DNA of 64,000 bases from Ignavibacteriota bacterium (GTDB lineage: Bacteria > Bacteroidota > Ignavibacteria > UBA10030 > CAVZMI01): the NCBI GenBank assembly GCA_963776275.1, contig CAVZMI010000021.1, positions 64,001 to 128,000 of the forward strand, written 5' to 3'. Positions 54,272 to 64,000 of the stretch are shown piece after piece. The notes beneath the pieces are model-generated. The model ran no database searches. It saw nothing but the letters and a program-made list of their open reading frames with translations, and had not been told where the DNA came from. Within the stretch, counting starts at the first letter, position 1. Each line of letters begins with the position of its first letter. The position numbers and the translations under genes are program-made.

Positions 54272-54454
54272 TTAGGATTCTTTTGGGCTCACAATGGAAC
54301 GTCCATTGTAATAGCCGCAGTTTGGGCATGCACGATGGTGAAGTTTTGGCTCGTGGCAATTTGGGCATTCACCATACGAGGGGACTGTAGCTTTATAATG
54401 AGTTCAACGTCTGCGTCCACGTGCTTTTGAATGGCGTCGTTTTGGATTTGGCAT
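54272..54454 (-). CDS. rpmF: 50S ribosomal protein L32 (Zn-ribbon type) with an in-frame TGA at codon 17
   Basis: Hand translation [59 protein letters not shown]; GGAGG SD; yceD-rpmF-plsX synteny. Not in the ORF track. Confidence 0.95.
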
Positions 54455-54546
54455 ACTAACCTCCTATCAACATATATTTGACTTTCACCGAGACACCCGC
54501 ATCTCCTGAAGAAAAACACTGGAAATGGAACACGGTTTATCAGGCT

Positions 54547-55047
54547 TTAATTATCACGTAAACGTGCCAGCGCTTCCCACCGTGAATCCGTAGGTGCCGG
54601 TGCACAATCGCATTGTCCGGTATTTAAATTCTTTCCACAACGTGAGCATAAACCGGCACAATCTTCTCTGCAGAGAAGTTTCAAGGGGATTGCCAGTAAA
54701 ATTTCATCACGTACATCATTGGACAGATCAATGATGTTCATATCAGGGGAAATAATCTCGATTTCGTCCCCATTGAAAGCAACAGCATCAATTTCCCGGC
54801 TGACATACACTTTCCGGTAACTGCACGTAATAATCCTGCTGAACTCCTCAACACATCGGTCACATAGAAAATGACCTTCTACTCCAGGAATCCAGACTTC
54901 CAATAAAATCTGGCGGACACTCTTATCGAGCGTGACTTCGGCCTTGATAACCGAAGTAAAGTGCTGCTGGATCTCAAGATCTGCAGGTGCTGCTTCAAGA
55001 GAATAGGTGTGAATGCCCTGCGCCAGATTTGAGATATTTATTTGCAT
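54547..55047 (-). CDS. yceD: YceD/DUF177 family protein
   Basis: CDRC, LAIP..LCREDCAGLCSRCG.NLN...C.C, DSRWEAL; start reset to ATG at 55047. Confidence 0.9.
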   Translation of the reverse strand: MQINISNLAQGIHTYSLEAAPADLEIQQHFTSVIKAEVTLDKSVRQILLEVWIPGVEGHFLCDRCVEEFSRIITCSYRKVYVSREIDAVAFNGDEIEIISPDMNIIDLSNDVRDEILLAIPLKLLCREDCAGLCSRCGKNLNTGQCDCAPAPTDSRWEALARLRDN

Positions 55048-55202
55048 AATCTGACCGAATTCCCAATAAATATGCAGTTCTGTTGGATAAAACCACACCT
55101 TGAATCATGTTTGAAAGAACAGTCCTGCAAAAAAACGTTAAAATATAGAGAAAAAACCCAATAGAGTCAAGAAAAAAGGGGAACGGATTTATCCGAAATA
55201 CA

Positions 55203-55225
55203 TCGGGCGCCGTAAGGGCGCCCGA
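55203..55225. other. GC-rich hairpin downstream of the PUR-like gene
   Basis: TCGGGCGCC-gtaag-GGCGCCCGA perfect 9-bp stem; no clear U-tract. Confidence 0.5.
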
Positions 55226-55254
55226 ATAGTTCGTCAGCGACAATGTGTCATAAA

Positions 55255-55551
55255 TCAAGTCTCTTCGACAGGGGTCGCCTGCTTTTCGGTTAATTCAGAC
55301 TGAACGAAATCGATAGCTTCCGAGAGAGCCTCAATAAATTTATCGAAGTCTTCTTTATAGAGAAAGATTTTATGTTTTTCGTACTCCTCTTCCCCCACTC
55401 GTTTACTCTCGGTGATGGTAACGTAATAGTCTTTTTCTGATCTTGTGGACTTCACATCGAAGAAGTATGTCCGTTTTCCAGCCCGGACCCTCCTGGTAAA
55501 GACCTCTTCCTTGTACACCTTGTCTTTCGGATTCGTGTTCTCCAACGTCAT
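55255..55551 (-). CDS. PUR-family ssDNA/RNA-binding protein (DUF3276)
   Basis: RAGKRTYFFDV..T...YYVTITESK...EKHKIFLYKEDFDKF. Confidence 0.92.
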   Translation of the reverse strand: MTLENTNPKDKVYKEEVFTRRVRAGKRTYFFDVKSTRSEKDYYVTITESKRVGEEEYEKHKIFLYKEDFDKFIEALSEAIDFVQSELTEKQATPVEET

Positions 55552-55654
55552 CTCCTCCTAGCAATGAAAAGTAGCAACGGTTTTCCTTGATTGATAATTT
55601 GTAGTGACGGATGTATGTTCGAAAATCCTTCTTCGCTCATGTTCTTCACTGTGG

Positions 55655-57916
55655 TCACCTTCTTACCACTGCCACTTTCCCCGTGGCGACTTGATCTCCC
55701 TGTTGGGTATATGCAACGACAAGATAAATTCCACTGGCCACCGGCGCACCTTGCTGGTCGGTTCCATCCCAGAAGGCAATTCTGCCACCCGGAAGAGAAT
55801 TTTTATCTGACAGCTCGCGGACAAGTCTTCCATCATTCGAGAGTATTTTCACCGATGAATTTTGTACCAGGCCGTCAATAGTTAACGTTTTCCCAGTTGA
55901 AATAATAAACGGATTTGGGAAAAAGAAAAGATCTTGGAACGACGGCTGTGGTGCAATAAAGGAAGTTTTAATGCTTGCCAGACCTTTTTCCGTCCCGAGA
56001 TATGCAATACCTCGATTACCATCGAAAGCAATTGCCCGCACATCGTTGTCGGGTAGTTTTCCATTCGTGGAGTTCACCGTATATGATGCAACAACTGACG
56101 CCCTGTCCGAGAGCACAAAAATCCCTTCTTTTGTTCCGATCCATTTATTATTCAGAGGATCAACGGCAATGGCATTTACACTAATACCTGCAAGGGGGAT
56201 CACAATACTTTTATCTAATGAGGCCTCTGGATTTGACGGATTCAGAATAACATTCGCGCCACTGGTAGTGCCTACCCAGATTGATCCATCATTATCGACA
56301 GCCACTGTTGTGATATTATTGCTCACTAATCCCGATGAGGTTGTTAATAGTGTCCATGTGTCGTCTGACGGATCATCCAATGTCCCTTTTGAATCGACGA
56401 AAAACAAACCCGGCGAAAGAACTGTCGCCAATCGCTGATAAAGCCATTTATTCCCATTTTGGTCAATCGAAATGCCACTGAGAAACGAGTACGTTTTATT
56501 ATACCCTATCGGATATCCCTCCCAAGTCGAATCCGGATGAAGTACCCAGAGAAGTTTTTCGTCGGCGGGATCCCAATCGATAAACCATGTATTGCCTTTC
56601 CAATCATAAGCGACATCACAGATTAAGATGTATTTTGGATCCTTTTTAATACCCAAGAATGGTGCATTTTGAGAACTATATCGATAGAGAGTATTATCAT
56701 CGCGGACCATCATCATCCCGTCACCCCATGAACAAATCCATTTGGTATTATTTACTCCGATTGCAACGCGGTGATAGTCATCCGATTTGATCAGCGTATC
56801 GGTACTTGTTGTATAATTTGTCCATGTTTTTCCATCAAAGCTATAGAAACCTTTACCCTGAAGATTATATCCTGATGCAGCCCAGAGAATTCCCTTTTGA
56901 TCTATTGCAAGACTGACGAACTGATTCGATGCACGACCGTTCGGAATTGTATACCGGATACCCGTATCCTCGATAAATCCGATTCCTCGCGTACCCGAGC
57001 CAAGGATGATTTTTCCATTCTCCAGGGTGATATCTGTAAGGATATCCGCCGGAACATCGACAATTTTTTGAAATTGTGTCGGTGATTGAATTAAATAGAT
57101 TGCGTCTTTTGTGATTGCATATGCACCATTCGTTCCTACGACAGCATGTTGAATCGACAATGGGCCGAGTGCATCCATAATTGTCCATGTCGTCCCATTG
57201 AAATATGCGACACCGCGTCCGTTCCGACATAAACAAGATTATCGAGTGAAAAAATCGTTTTTACACTATCTGACGGTAGGCCATTAGACGATGTATATGT
57301 CCGCCATGCCGTCGGAGAAATCAGATTTGAGGAGCTGAGAGAGGCTGTGGCAGCACCGATTGCCGTCGCTATCCAGATGTTATCTCCCAGGATCATCAAT
57401 CCATTGACTTTATTCAATGCAGAAAAATTTCCAAACCGTACATAGCTATCGCGAAATTCAAACGTACGTTTATGAAAGAGCGATACGCCATAGTCTCCTG
57501 CAATGAACAATGAATCGCCGTAGAGAAGAAATGCATTTATTTGTTTTTTTAGAAAACTGGAGTTTGTGATGTCGAGATTCACCTGCCATTGAGCGTTTCC
57601 CGGATTGTAGTGGGCAATGCCTCCAGTTGCGTCTCCGGTCTGATACTCCGCCATCATCATCCGCAATTACACATGTAACATCGTTGGTCGGGAGTCCTTC
57701 GGAATTTGTGAACTGTTGGCAGGTTGAATCAGCGATGTGATAACAGAATACTCCGCCTTGCGTTGCAGCCCAAACATTACCTTTTATCGCACTGATACTT
57801 CGGACATTATTCTGTGCAGTATAATTTTTCCATTCGCCCGATCCCTGTGTCCATATCGGAACCCGCGCAATCATCATGCCCACCAGGAGAAGCAAAAGTC
57901 TACACATAGAGCGCAT
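55655..57916 (-). CDS. porZ: PorZ-like T9SS beta-propeller protein with C-terminal sorting domain (frameshifts near 57641 and 57215)
   Basis: GEWKNY N-terminus, two-component-regulator propeller repeats (DQNGNKW, GTLDDPSDD, AVDPLNNKWIGT), CTD FPNP...WDG...VASGIY. Confidence 0.8.
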
Positions 57917-58386
57917 TATTTCGTTGTCTCAAGTTGCTTTCTTACATCAATCATTTCGATAACGCTGAGTGCTGCATCCCATCCTTTGTTGCCTGATTTC
58001 CCTCCAGCACGATCAATCGCCTGTTCCATGGTATCGGTGGTGAGGATCCCGAAGCCGATAGGAATGTTACATGCGAGCGACGTTTGTGCAATTCCTTTTG
58101 TTACCTCTCCGGCGATGTAATCGAAATGAGGTGTTTCACCACGAACGAGACATCCGATACAGATGATTGCATCATAACGTTTTTTCTGTGCCAGTGTCTG
58201 CGCCATAAGAGGAATTTCAAATGAACCCGGGCAGTACACCGTATCGATTAACGATGAATCGGCTTCATGCCGTAAAAGGCAATCCATTGCCCCTTCCAGT
58301 AATCGGTGTGTGACAATATCGTTAAATCGACTAACGATAATGCCAATCCGTATTTTTTTTGCAGTGAGTTGACCTTGATACATCAT
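57916..58386 (-). CDS. ribH: 6,7-dimethyl-8-ribityllumazine synthase
   Basis: [35 protein letters not shown]; start reset to 58386. Confidence 0.97.
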   Translation of the reverse strand: MMYQGQLTAKKIRIGIIVSRFNDIVTHRLLEGAMDCLLRHEADSSLIDTVYCPGSFEIPLMAQTLAQKKRYDAIICIGCLVRGETPHFDYIAGEVTKGIAQTSLACNIPIGFGILTTDTMEQAIDRAGGKSGNKGWDAALSVIEMIDVRKQLETTK

Positions 58387-58438
58387 ATTATTCTCTCTTC
58401 TTATCAATACTTCAATAAAAAAACCACCACGTTTATTG

Positions 58439-59263
58439 TCATGCAAAGAGTCTGCGTTTCATCGCATCAACGAGCGATTCTGATACCGTCACCGTACCGA
58501 GCGCCCAATCATCATTCTTTTTCCCTCCATGAAAATCCGAACCTCCACTTTCCAGAAGATAGTAATGGCTCGCGACATTTCTATAATATTCCTGAAGTTC
58601 AGGGGAATGTGAGGGATGCACCACCTCAATGCCATCAACTCCCCCTTTGATAAGCTGCATGAGCACAGCTTCGCTTGTATATTTCCCGGGGTGGGCTAAG
58701 AACGATATGCCGCCGGCCGAGGCAATAATATTTACCGCCTCTTCCGGTGATAACTGAAATTTTTTTTCATATGCCGGACATCCATACCCGATGTATTTCT
58801 CGAATGCCTCGAGGTAGGTATCCGTCAAACCCGTATCTAGAAGAGCGTTGGCTATATGAGGCCGTCCCACCGAACCGACACCTGCTTGATCGAGTACAGC
58901 ATCCATTGAGAGTGGAACGCGGAGATGATGAAGTTTCTCAACGATCCGCTCGGCACGTTTCAGACGTTCCTTTCGAAAAAGAGCAAGGTAATCGAGCAAT
59001 GTCGGGTTTTGGTAATCAAAAAAATACCCGAGGATATGGATATCACGATCACCGACTGCCGCACTGAGTTCAACACCTGCAACAACTTCGATCCCCTCTT
59101 GGACACCAAGGGTCATCGATTCTTCAAGTGCAGTAACATTATCATGATCGGTAATACCGAGGATTTCTATTCCCGCTTCTTTTGCTTTTATCACCAGCTC
59201 GTAAGGCGTCAACGCACCATCTGAATAGGTGGTGTGTGTATGAAGATCTACCTTACCCGCCAT
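58439..59263 (-). CDS. PHP-domain phosphoesterase (TrpH/YciV-like)
   Basis: DLHTHT..SDG, ITDHD, GVELS, HILGY, GRPH, AHP, GGSDFHG. Confidence 0.93.
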   Translation of the reverse strand: MAGKVDLHTHTTYSDGALTPYELVIKAKEAGIEILGITDHDNVTALEESMTLGVQEGIEVVAGVELSAAVGDRDIHILGYFFDYQNPTLLDYLALFRKERLKRAERIVEKLHHLRVPLSMDAVLDQAGVGSVGRPHIANALLDTGLTDTYLEAFEKYIGYGCPAYEKKFQLSPEEAVNIIASAGGISFLAHPGKYTSEAVLMQLIKGGVDGIEVVHPSHSPELQEYYRNVASHYYLLESGGSDFHGGKKNDDWALGTVTVSESLVDAMKRRLFA

Positions 59264-59317
59264 GCGCTCCGTATCAGTCTATATGTTTGAAATGAATGGA
59301 TTTACCCGTAGAAAACC

Positions 59318-60001
59318 TCACTTGAGTAGACTCTTAAATTTTTCATAATCATTAATAATTAATGCATTCCCCTGCATCTGGAGATATCCTTTCGTTATGA
59401 ATTGGTGGATCATGCGTGAAATTGTCTCACGGGATGTCCCAGCCATGTTTGCCAGATCCTGCTGCAACGGAAGGTCTTCAATCTCAACACGTCCGTTACG
59501 GATCCGCCCGATATCGTCAGCCAGCTGTACAATCACGTTTGCAACCCGACCCGCCGCATCACGTAACGAAAGACTCTTAATCTGAGCATCCGCCTTCCGA
59601 AGACGTCCAGTAAGTTCATTCAATAATACGACAGCAATGACGGGGTAATCGTGTAAGAGCTGCAGAAAATCTCGGCGGTGGATAATAAAAAGCTCGGATT
59701 TGGTTATCGAGACAACACTCGCAGATCGAGCGAGTCCATCAAGAAGAGCCATCTCTCCAAAAAACTCATCATTTCCAAGAATCGAAAGAATTACCTCGCG
59801 TCCGTCATCGTCCGTTCGGACGATTTTCACTTTTCCATTAATGATGGTGAACAGAGCCGATCCTGTTTCTTCTTCCAGAAGGATGATGCTTCCCTTTTTA
59901 TATTTCTTACGAACGCCAAGCGCAGCAATCTTTGCCAGATCTTTGTCGTCTAAATCGGCAAAAATTGGGACATTGCGTAAGAAACTCTTTTCATCTTGCA
60001 T
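59318..60001 (-). CDS. Crp/Fnr family transcriptional regulator
   Basis: cNMP-binding FGEMALLDGLARSAS; HTH QQDLANMAGTSRETISR. Confidence 0.95.
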   Translation of the reverse strand: MQDEKSFLRNVPIFADLDDKDLAKIAALGVRKKYKKGSIILLEEETGSALFTIINGKVKIVRTDDDGREVILSILGNDEFFGEMALLDGLARSASVVSITKSELFIIHRRDFLQLLHDYPVIAVVLLNELTGRLRKADAQIKSLSLRDAAGRVANVIVQLADDIGRIRNGRVEIEDLPLQQDLANMAGTSRETISRMIHQFITKGYLQMQGNALIINDYEKFKSLLK

Positions 60002-60190
60002 ATTCTACCCTACGGTAGTGTGTGTATGGATGTGATCGTTCCCCACTGTGTATCATCCAACTTCCGGGCTCCGGTAGGAGGAGATTAATGCCCAGAATAC
60101 CCAGTATCTCTACTATAAAAAATATAGCTCACTGAAATATGAAAGTCAAGCTCCATTGCGTATCCCCGTAAAAAAATTCATTAGAATATA

Positions 60191-60802
60191 CTATTCAGAA
60201 AGTAGACAGTAAGTAACCATGGCAAGTCCAATTTGACTTAAGGCCAATGTTACTCCGGCCATTGTATCAAACCGATGTGTCTCTCGTAAAGATTCGCGGT
60301 CTCCTGTCAGAAGATAATCATTATAACGGGCATCCGCCTTAATCTTGAAATATGCCGTCGCAATACCACATACAATACCCACGCTACCACCGATTGTTAT
60401 CAGAGAATGAAATTCAACTTTTCGCGGTTGAACCAGAATATCCTTTTGCACAGAACCTCTAAACCTAAGATTCGCAGCAGAGTCGGAAGGAAAATTACAG
60501 TAGTGTACCACCTGTGATCCTGCCGGAACTTCGATACACTGTTCTTTCCTCCGCGCATTCCACTGAAATGGGGTTCCATCAATAACCATGATGGTATGCT
60601 TTCCGGTAGAAAGGGCTATATTTAACAGTGGAGTAACCCCAAGAAATACCGAGTCACAAAATACATTCGCTCCAATTACATTGGAGGTGATTGTAACAAC
60701 TCCATCCTGATAAATTCCGGACTGCGCCTGCATCATATACGGCCATAGAATGACCCAGAAGGCAGCAACAACAAATATGTGAACCGACCGCTTTTTAATC
60801 AT
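60191..60802 (-). CDS. PEGA-domain protein with a hydrophobic C-terminal region
   Basis: ITSNVIGANVFCDSVFLGVTPL...LSTGKHTI; signal peptide. Confidence 0.7.
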   Translation of the reverse strand: MIKKRSVHIFVVAAFWVILWPYMMQAQSGIYQDGVVTITSNVIGANVFCDSVFLGVTPLLNIALSTGKHTIMVIDGTPFQWNARRKEQCIEVPAGSQVVHYCNFPSDSAANLRFRGSVQKDILVQPRKVEFHSLITIGGSVGIVCGIATAYFKIKADARYNDYLLTGDRESLRETHRFDTMAGVTLALSQIGLAMVTYCLLSE

Positions 60803-61965
60803 CGATTTTCATTGTTCGATACGTATGCATAAATATATTTATCCTCAACCGGAACAAAGATCATGCCGTTCCAGCTGATGGGGGGACTCTTGATTCTCCC
60901 TTCCAGTGTGTCGCTCCAGAACACTTTTCCACTCTGTATATCAAAAGCGTACAGGATATGATCAAGTGTACCGATGTATACAATGTCGCCACACACAACG
61001 CCCGGGGCACTAACGACGCTCGATGCTCTGTATTCCCAGACTCTATTCCCGGTTATGACAGATAGCGCTCGAATACATCCATTAGCTGCACCGATGACTA
61101 CAGTGCTCTCAGCAATTGCGGGTGAAGAATACAGGATACCGCCAAAATCGGATTTCCAGCATACCGATCCATCGGCAATGTTCAATGCATAAAGAACATG
61201 ATCCGTTGAACCTATGATGACGCGGTCGGCACTGATTGCCGGCGAACCAAGGATGCTCCTTCCTGTTTGTACCTTCCAGCGTAGCTTACCTGTTCTTGCA
61301 TTAAGTGCATAGAACACTCCATCATCACATCCGAATACGAGAACATTTCCATCGGTCGCAGGTGATGAATGAATATTCTTTTGCCCTTTTAAATTTGGAA
61401 TTGAATATTTCCATATTTCTTTCCCCGTGGCTTTTTCAATACAATAGACATGACCATCCATCGTTGTCACATAGAGATAAAGATTATGTTGAATCGGAGA
61501 AGTCTCTATGGGACCAAGCTTTTTTCCCCACAACATATCTCCATTTGTCACATCAACCGCCTGGAAGGTATTCTCTCCAGATGCGAGAGCAATATATATA
61601 ATAGAGTCATCTAGCACTGGAGTCCCATGAATTACCCCCTCAAGCGAAATCCTTCCGATCCGTTCACCATCGTTAATACTGATCGCGTGCAGCTCACCTC
61701 TGTATGTTCCCACAAAAAGGATGCTATTTGCTACCACAGGCGATCCGGTCGCCGATGATGCATCGTAGCTCCAGAGAAGTTTCAGTGGAGGGTGAACAGA
61801 CCTACCAGCATTCCATGTACGCCGGGCATCGTGTCCGCTCATGTTCCAACCTTTTTCTTGCATCAAATTGAGTTGCTGAATATTCCACCCGCTGCATCCG
61901 AAAAACATCAGCAACATCAACGACCAACTTCTTAGTACTACACTTTGGATCAATGATCTTATCAT
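60799..61965 (-). CDS. PQQ-like beta-propeller (BamB-like) probable lipoprotein
   Basis: Repeated SSP...G..DG..YAL...TG...W units; lipobox FFGC; start reset to ATG at 61965. Confidence 0.85.
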   Translation of the reverse strand: MIRSLIQSVVLRSWSLMLLMFFGCSGWNIQQLNLMQEKGWNMSGHDARRTWNAGRSVHPPLKLLWSYDASSATGSPVVANSILFVGTYRGELHAISINDGERIGRISLEGVIHGTPVLDDSIIYIALASGENTFQAVDVTNGDMLWGKKLGPIETSPIQHNLYLYVTTMDGHVYCIEKATGKEIWKYSIPNLKGQKNIHSSPATDGNVLVFGCDDGVFYALNARTGKLRWKVQTGRSILGSPAISADRVIIGSTDHVLYALNIADGSVCWKSDFGGILYSSPAIAESTVVIGAANGCIRALSVITGNRVWEYRASSVVSAPGVVCGDIVYIGTLDHILYAFDIQSGKVFWSDTLEGRIKSPPISWNGMIFVPVEDKYIYAYVSNNENR

Positions 61966-61984
61966 AAATCGGTTGTAATAATGA

Positions 61985-64000
61985 CTAAAAATCCCACCCA
62001 AAGAAAAATTGATAGAACAACCCCTCTTGAAGAGTCTTAAAATTATTCTCGATCTTCTTTCCAATATCATACCGCAACACCAGTACTCCTCCGATATTCC
62101 AGCGGACACCGCCTCCTATACTCCCAAGAGTTTCATGATATGCATCATCCCATGCATTACCTGCATCGAAGAATAATGCCCCACGGAATGATCCGAAATT
62201 GATTATACCGAACGGAAAGCGGACGGCCAGTTCATCGATGAAGGGAAAACGGAGCTCGTGACTGGTCAGCCACAATTTCTTTCCGCGAATTGACCATCGG
62301 TCAAATCCCCTTAAATCCCAGCTTCCGCCCATAAAATATCTTCGAGCCTCTTTCCCCTCATTATAATAAACGTTCAGACGAGCTGCATATGCCATTCGTT
62401 TGCTCAATCGAAAATAATATCGATAATCTGCAAGAACCGAATAGTACGTTACATTTGAATATTGAATATCGGTTGTATATGCAAGGGTGAGGAAGAAACG
62501 GCTGCCATCGAGCGGACCGCTGGGGCCCCACAACGAGTTATCATGGATAAACGAGATAGAGTTGGAAAGCAGTAATGCTTTGCGTGATGAACCAAGCTCA
62601 AAACGTTCTTTGTCCGATCGATTAATACTTGTACTCAATTCGATTCGCTTGAACTTAGAGAGAGGATAACTGAGCGCAACATAGCCGCCGAAAGAACACT
62701 CATAGAAATAGAGATCCGGATCGGTGAGATCATATCGGCGTCCTGCAAAATTAAAAATTCCATATTCGACATTGGTCCTCCGGCTCAAAGACAAACGCGA
62801 AATGGCGATATTGAAACTTGAGAGAAATTCGCTCTGAGCTTGAGCGGTGTTATAGATTAAGAAATAATACTGTTCATTACCTAGAACATCACTTACGGCT
62901 AAAGCAGCTCCGCCGCGCGTTCCAAACACCGGATCGGTCATGATCTGAGTTTGTGCAATATCCAGTGTATAGTCCGGGGTATATCGAAGTGCATTCACCT
63001 CATCTTTGCCGGGAATGCGGTTCGTCGTCCATAATTCGGTCGCTGAAGGGATACCGACGTATTTTTTTACGCTTGTCGTATCGAATCGCTTCTCTATCGA
63101 ATCAATCTGCATTATTCGGAAACTGTAATTCTCAAAAGCCGAAATCAGTATCCGGCCGTCGTCGGCTCACGCAGGGTCAAAAGCTGCCGTGCTCAGATTT
63201 GTGATCCGACAAATTTCACCGCCGTAAAGTGTCCGAAGTTTGCGTTTATTCATCGCCATAACCCACAGATTCGGGACTCCATCCGCATCACAAATGAACG
63301 CCAGCTTCGATCCATCGGGTGACCACGCCGGAGAGCTGTAGTCTTCCTCCCCGAGTGTGAGATGGTCTATAGTTCCGGAGTCGAGGGAATACAGAAATAG
63401 GTTGTAATGACCATTGACTCCATAGGTTGTCCGATCCGATCGAAATGCAATGGTACTGCCATCGGGAGACCAAGCCGGATCTCGATCATCGTAGAAGTCG
63501 TTTGTCAATCGTTCTAACGTTTGATGAACGCGGTCAAAAATGTAGAGATCACCGTAGCCCGATTTGTCTATTGCGGAGAATGCGATGCGGTTTCCATCAG
63601 GTGACCATGTCGGTGAACCGAGCGAAACAATGTCTTTAAAATAATAGTTAGCGATGCTTGAATCGCACTTTAGATCATACAGATGCAGTGCATCGTTTTC
63701 ACCGCTTTTTGTGATAAAGGCGAGCAGGCCGGCGTGCGATATATCCATCCCCGCCGAAAAGAAATGAAATGATTCGAATTCATCCGTTCGTTCTCCTTCG
63801 ATTATTAATCGCATCGGAGATTGTGGATCATTCAGATTCTTTCGATATACGCTGGTATATCCCGTATTATTACCTATAAAAAGTACTTCCCTTGTAGTAT
63901 CATTTTTATAAAATACCGGTTTGACATTGAACCCTTCCTTGACAATCTGCCGGGTAACGGAACTTGGCTGATCATAATGCGTCAGGAGAGGGTAATACCT
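61985..64000 (-). CDS. PD40/TolB-like propeller + Omp85/BamA-type barrel protein (5'-truncated by the window edge; in-frame TGA at 63167-63169)
   Basis: WSPDG PD40 repeats, then LRGF lid motif, ELRFP, FFDAGNAW and terminal FFFGWDF. The two track ORFs are in the same frame, separated only by a TGA in FDPA*ADDG. The frame is open to 64000. Confidence 0.85.

Noticed and set aside
60008-60080. Riboswitch or CRP box upstream of the Crp-family gene
   Set aside because: It shows only short imperfect pairings (CCTAC/GTAGG, GGATG/CATCC) and a TGTGA half-site without a correctly spaced partner.
11606-63169. Stop-codon reassignment (TGA or TAG as sense) to explain the three in-frame stops
   Set aside because: They map to different amino acids (TAG=W, TGA=R, TGA=W). 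TGA and TAG also end many genes normally here (e.g. ligA with TGA, the SSS gene at 5723 with TAG), and TGG is used throughout.

Overview
This looks like core-genome sequence from an FCB-group bacterium, most like Ignavibacteria. The evidence is T9SS sorting domains and PorZ, acpP-fabF-rnc synteny, a PUR/DUF3276 protein and clear Shine-Dalgarno sites; the taxonomy is inferred. It encodes three sigma54-dependent response regulators with partner kinases, an orphan FlgM-like gene, two SSS symporters, ligA, an ECF sigma factor, sdhCDAB, hut/ftcD histidine catabolism genes, gcvPB, a yceD-rpmF-plsX-fab-rnc cluster, ribH, a Crp regulator and outer-membrane assembly-type genes. The most unusual locus is 11.18-11.84 kb. 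An intact tRNA-Pro(GGG) and an 80-codon GIY-YIG nuclease gene (missed by the ORF track) sit inside the anticodon loop of a split outer copy of the same tRNA. The two outer halves carry a compensatory anticodon-stem change, and each has a palindromic insertion in its D- or T-loop. A further degenerate 3' half follows. The window also has 8 frameshifts, 3 in-frame stops and one ACG start, several in normally essential genes, so single-base anomalies may be consensus errors.
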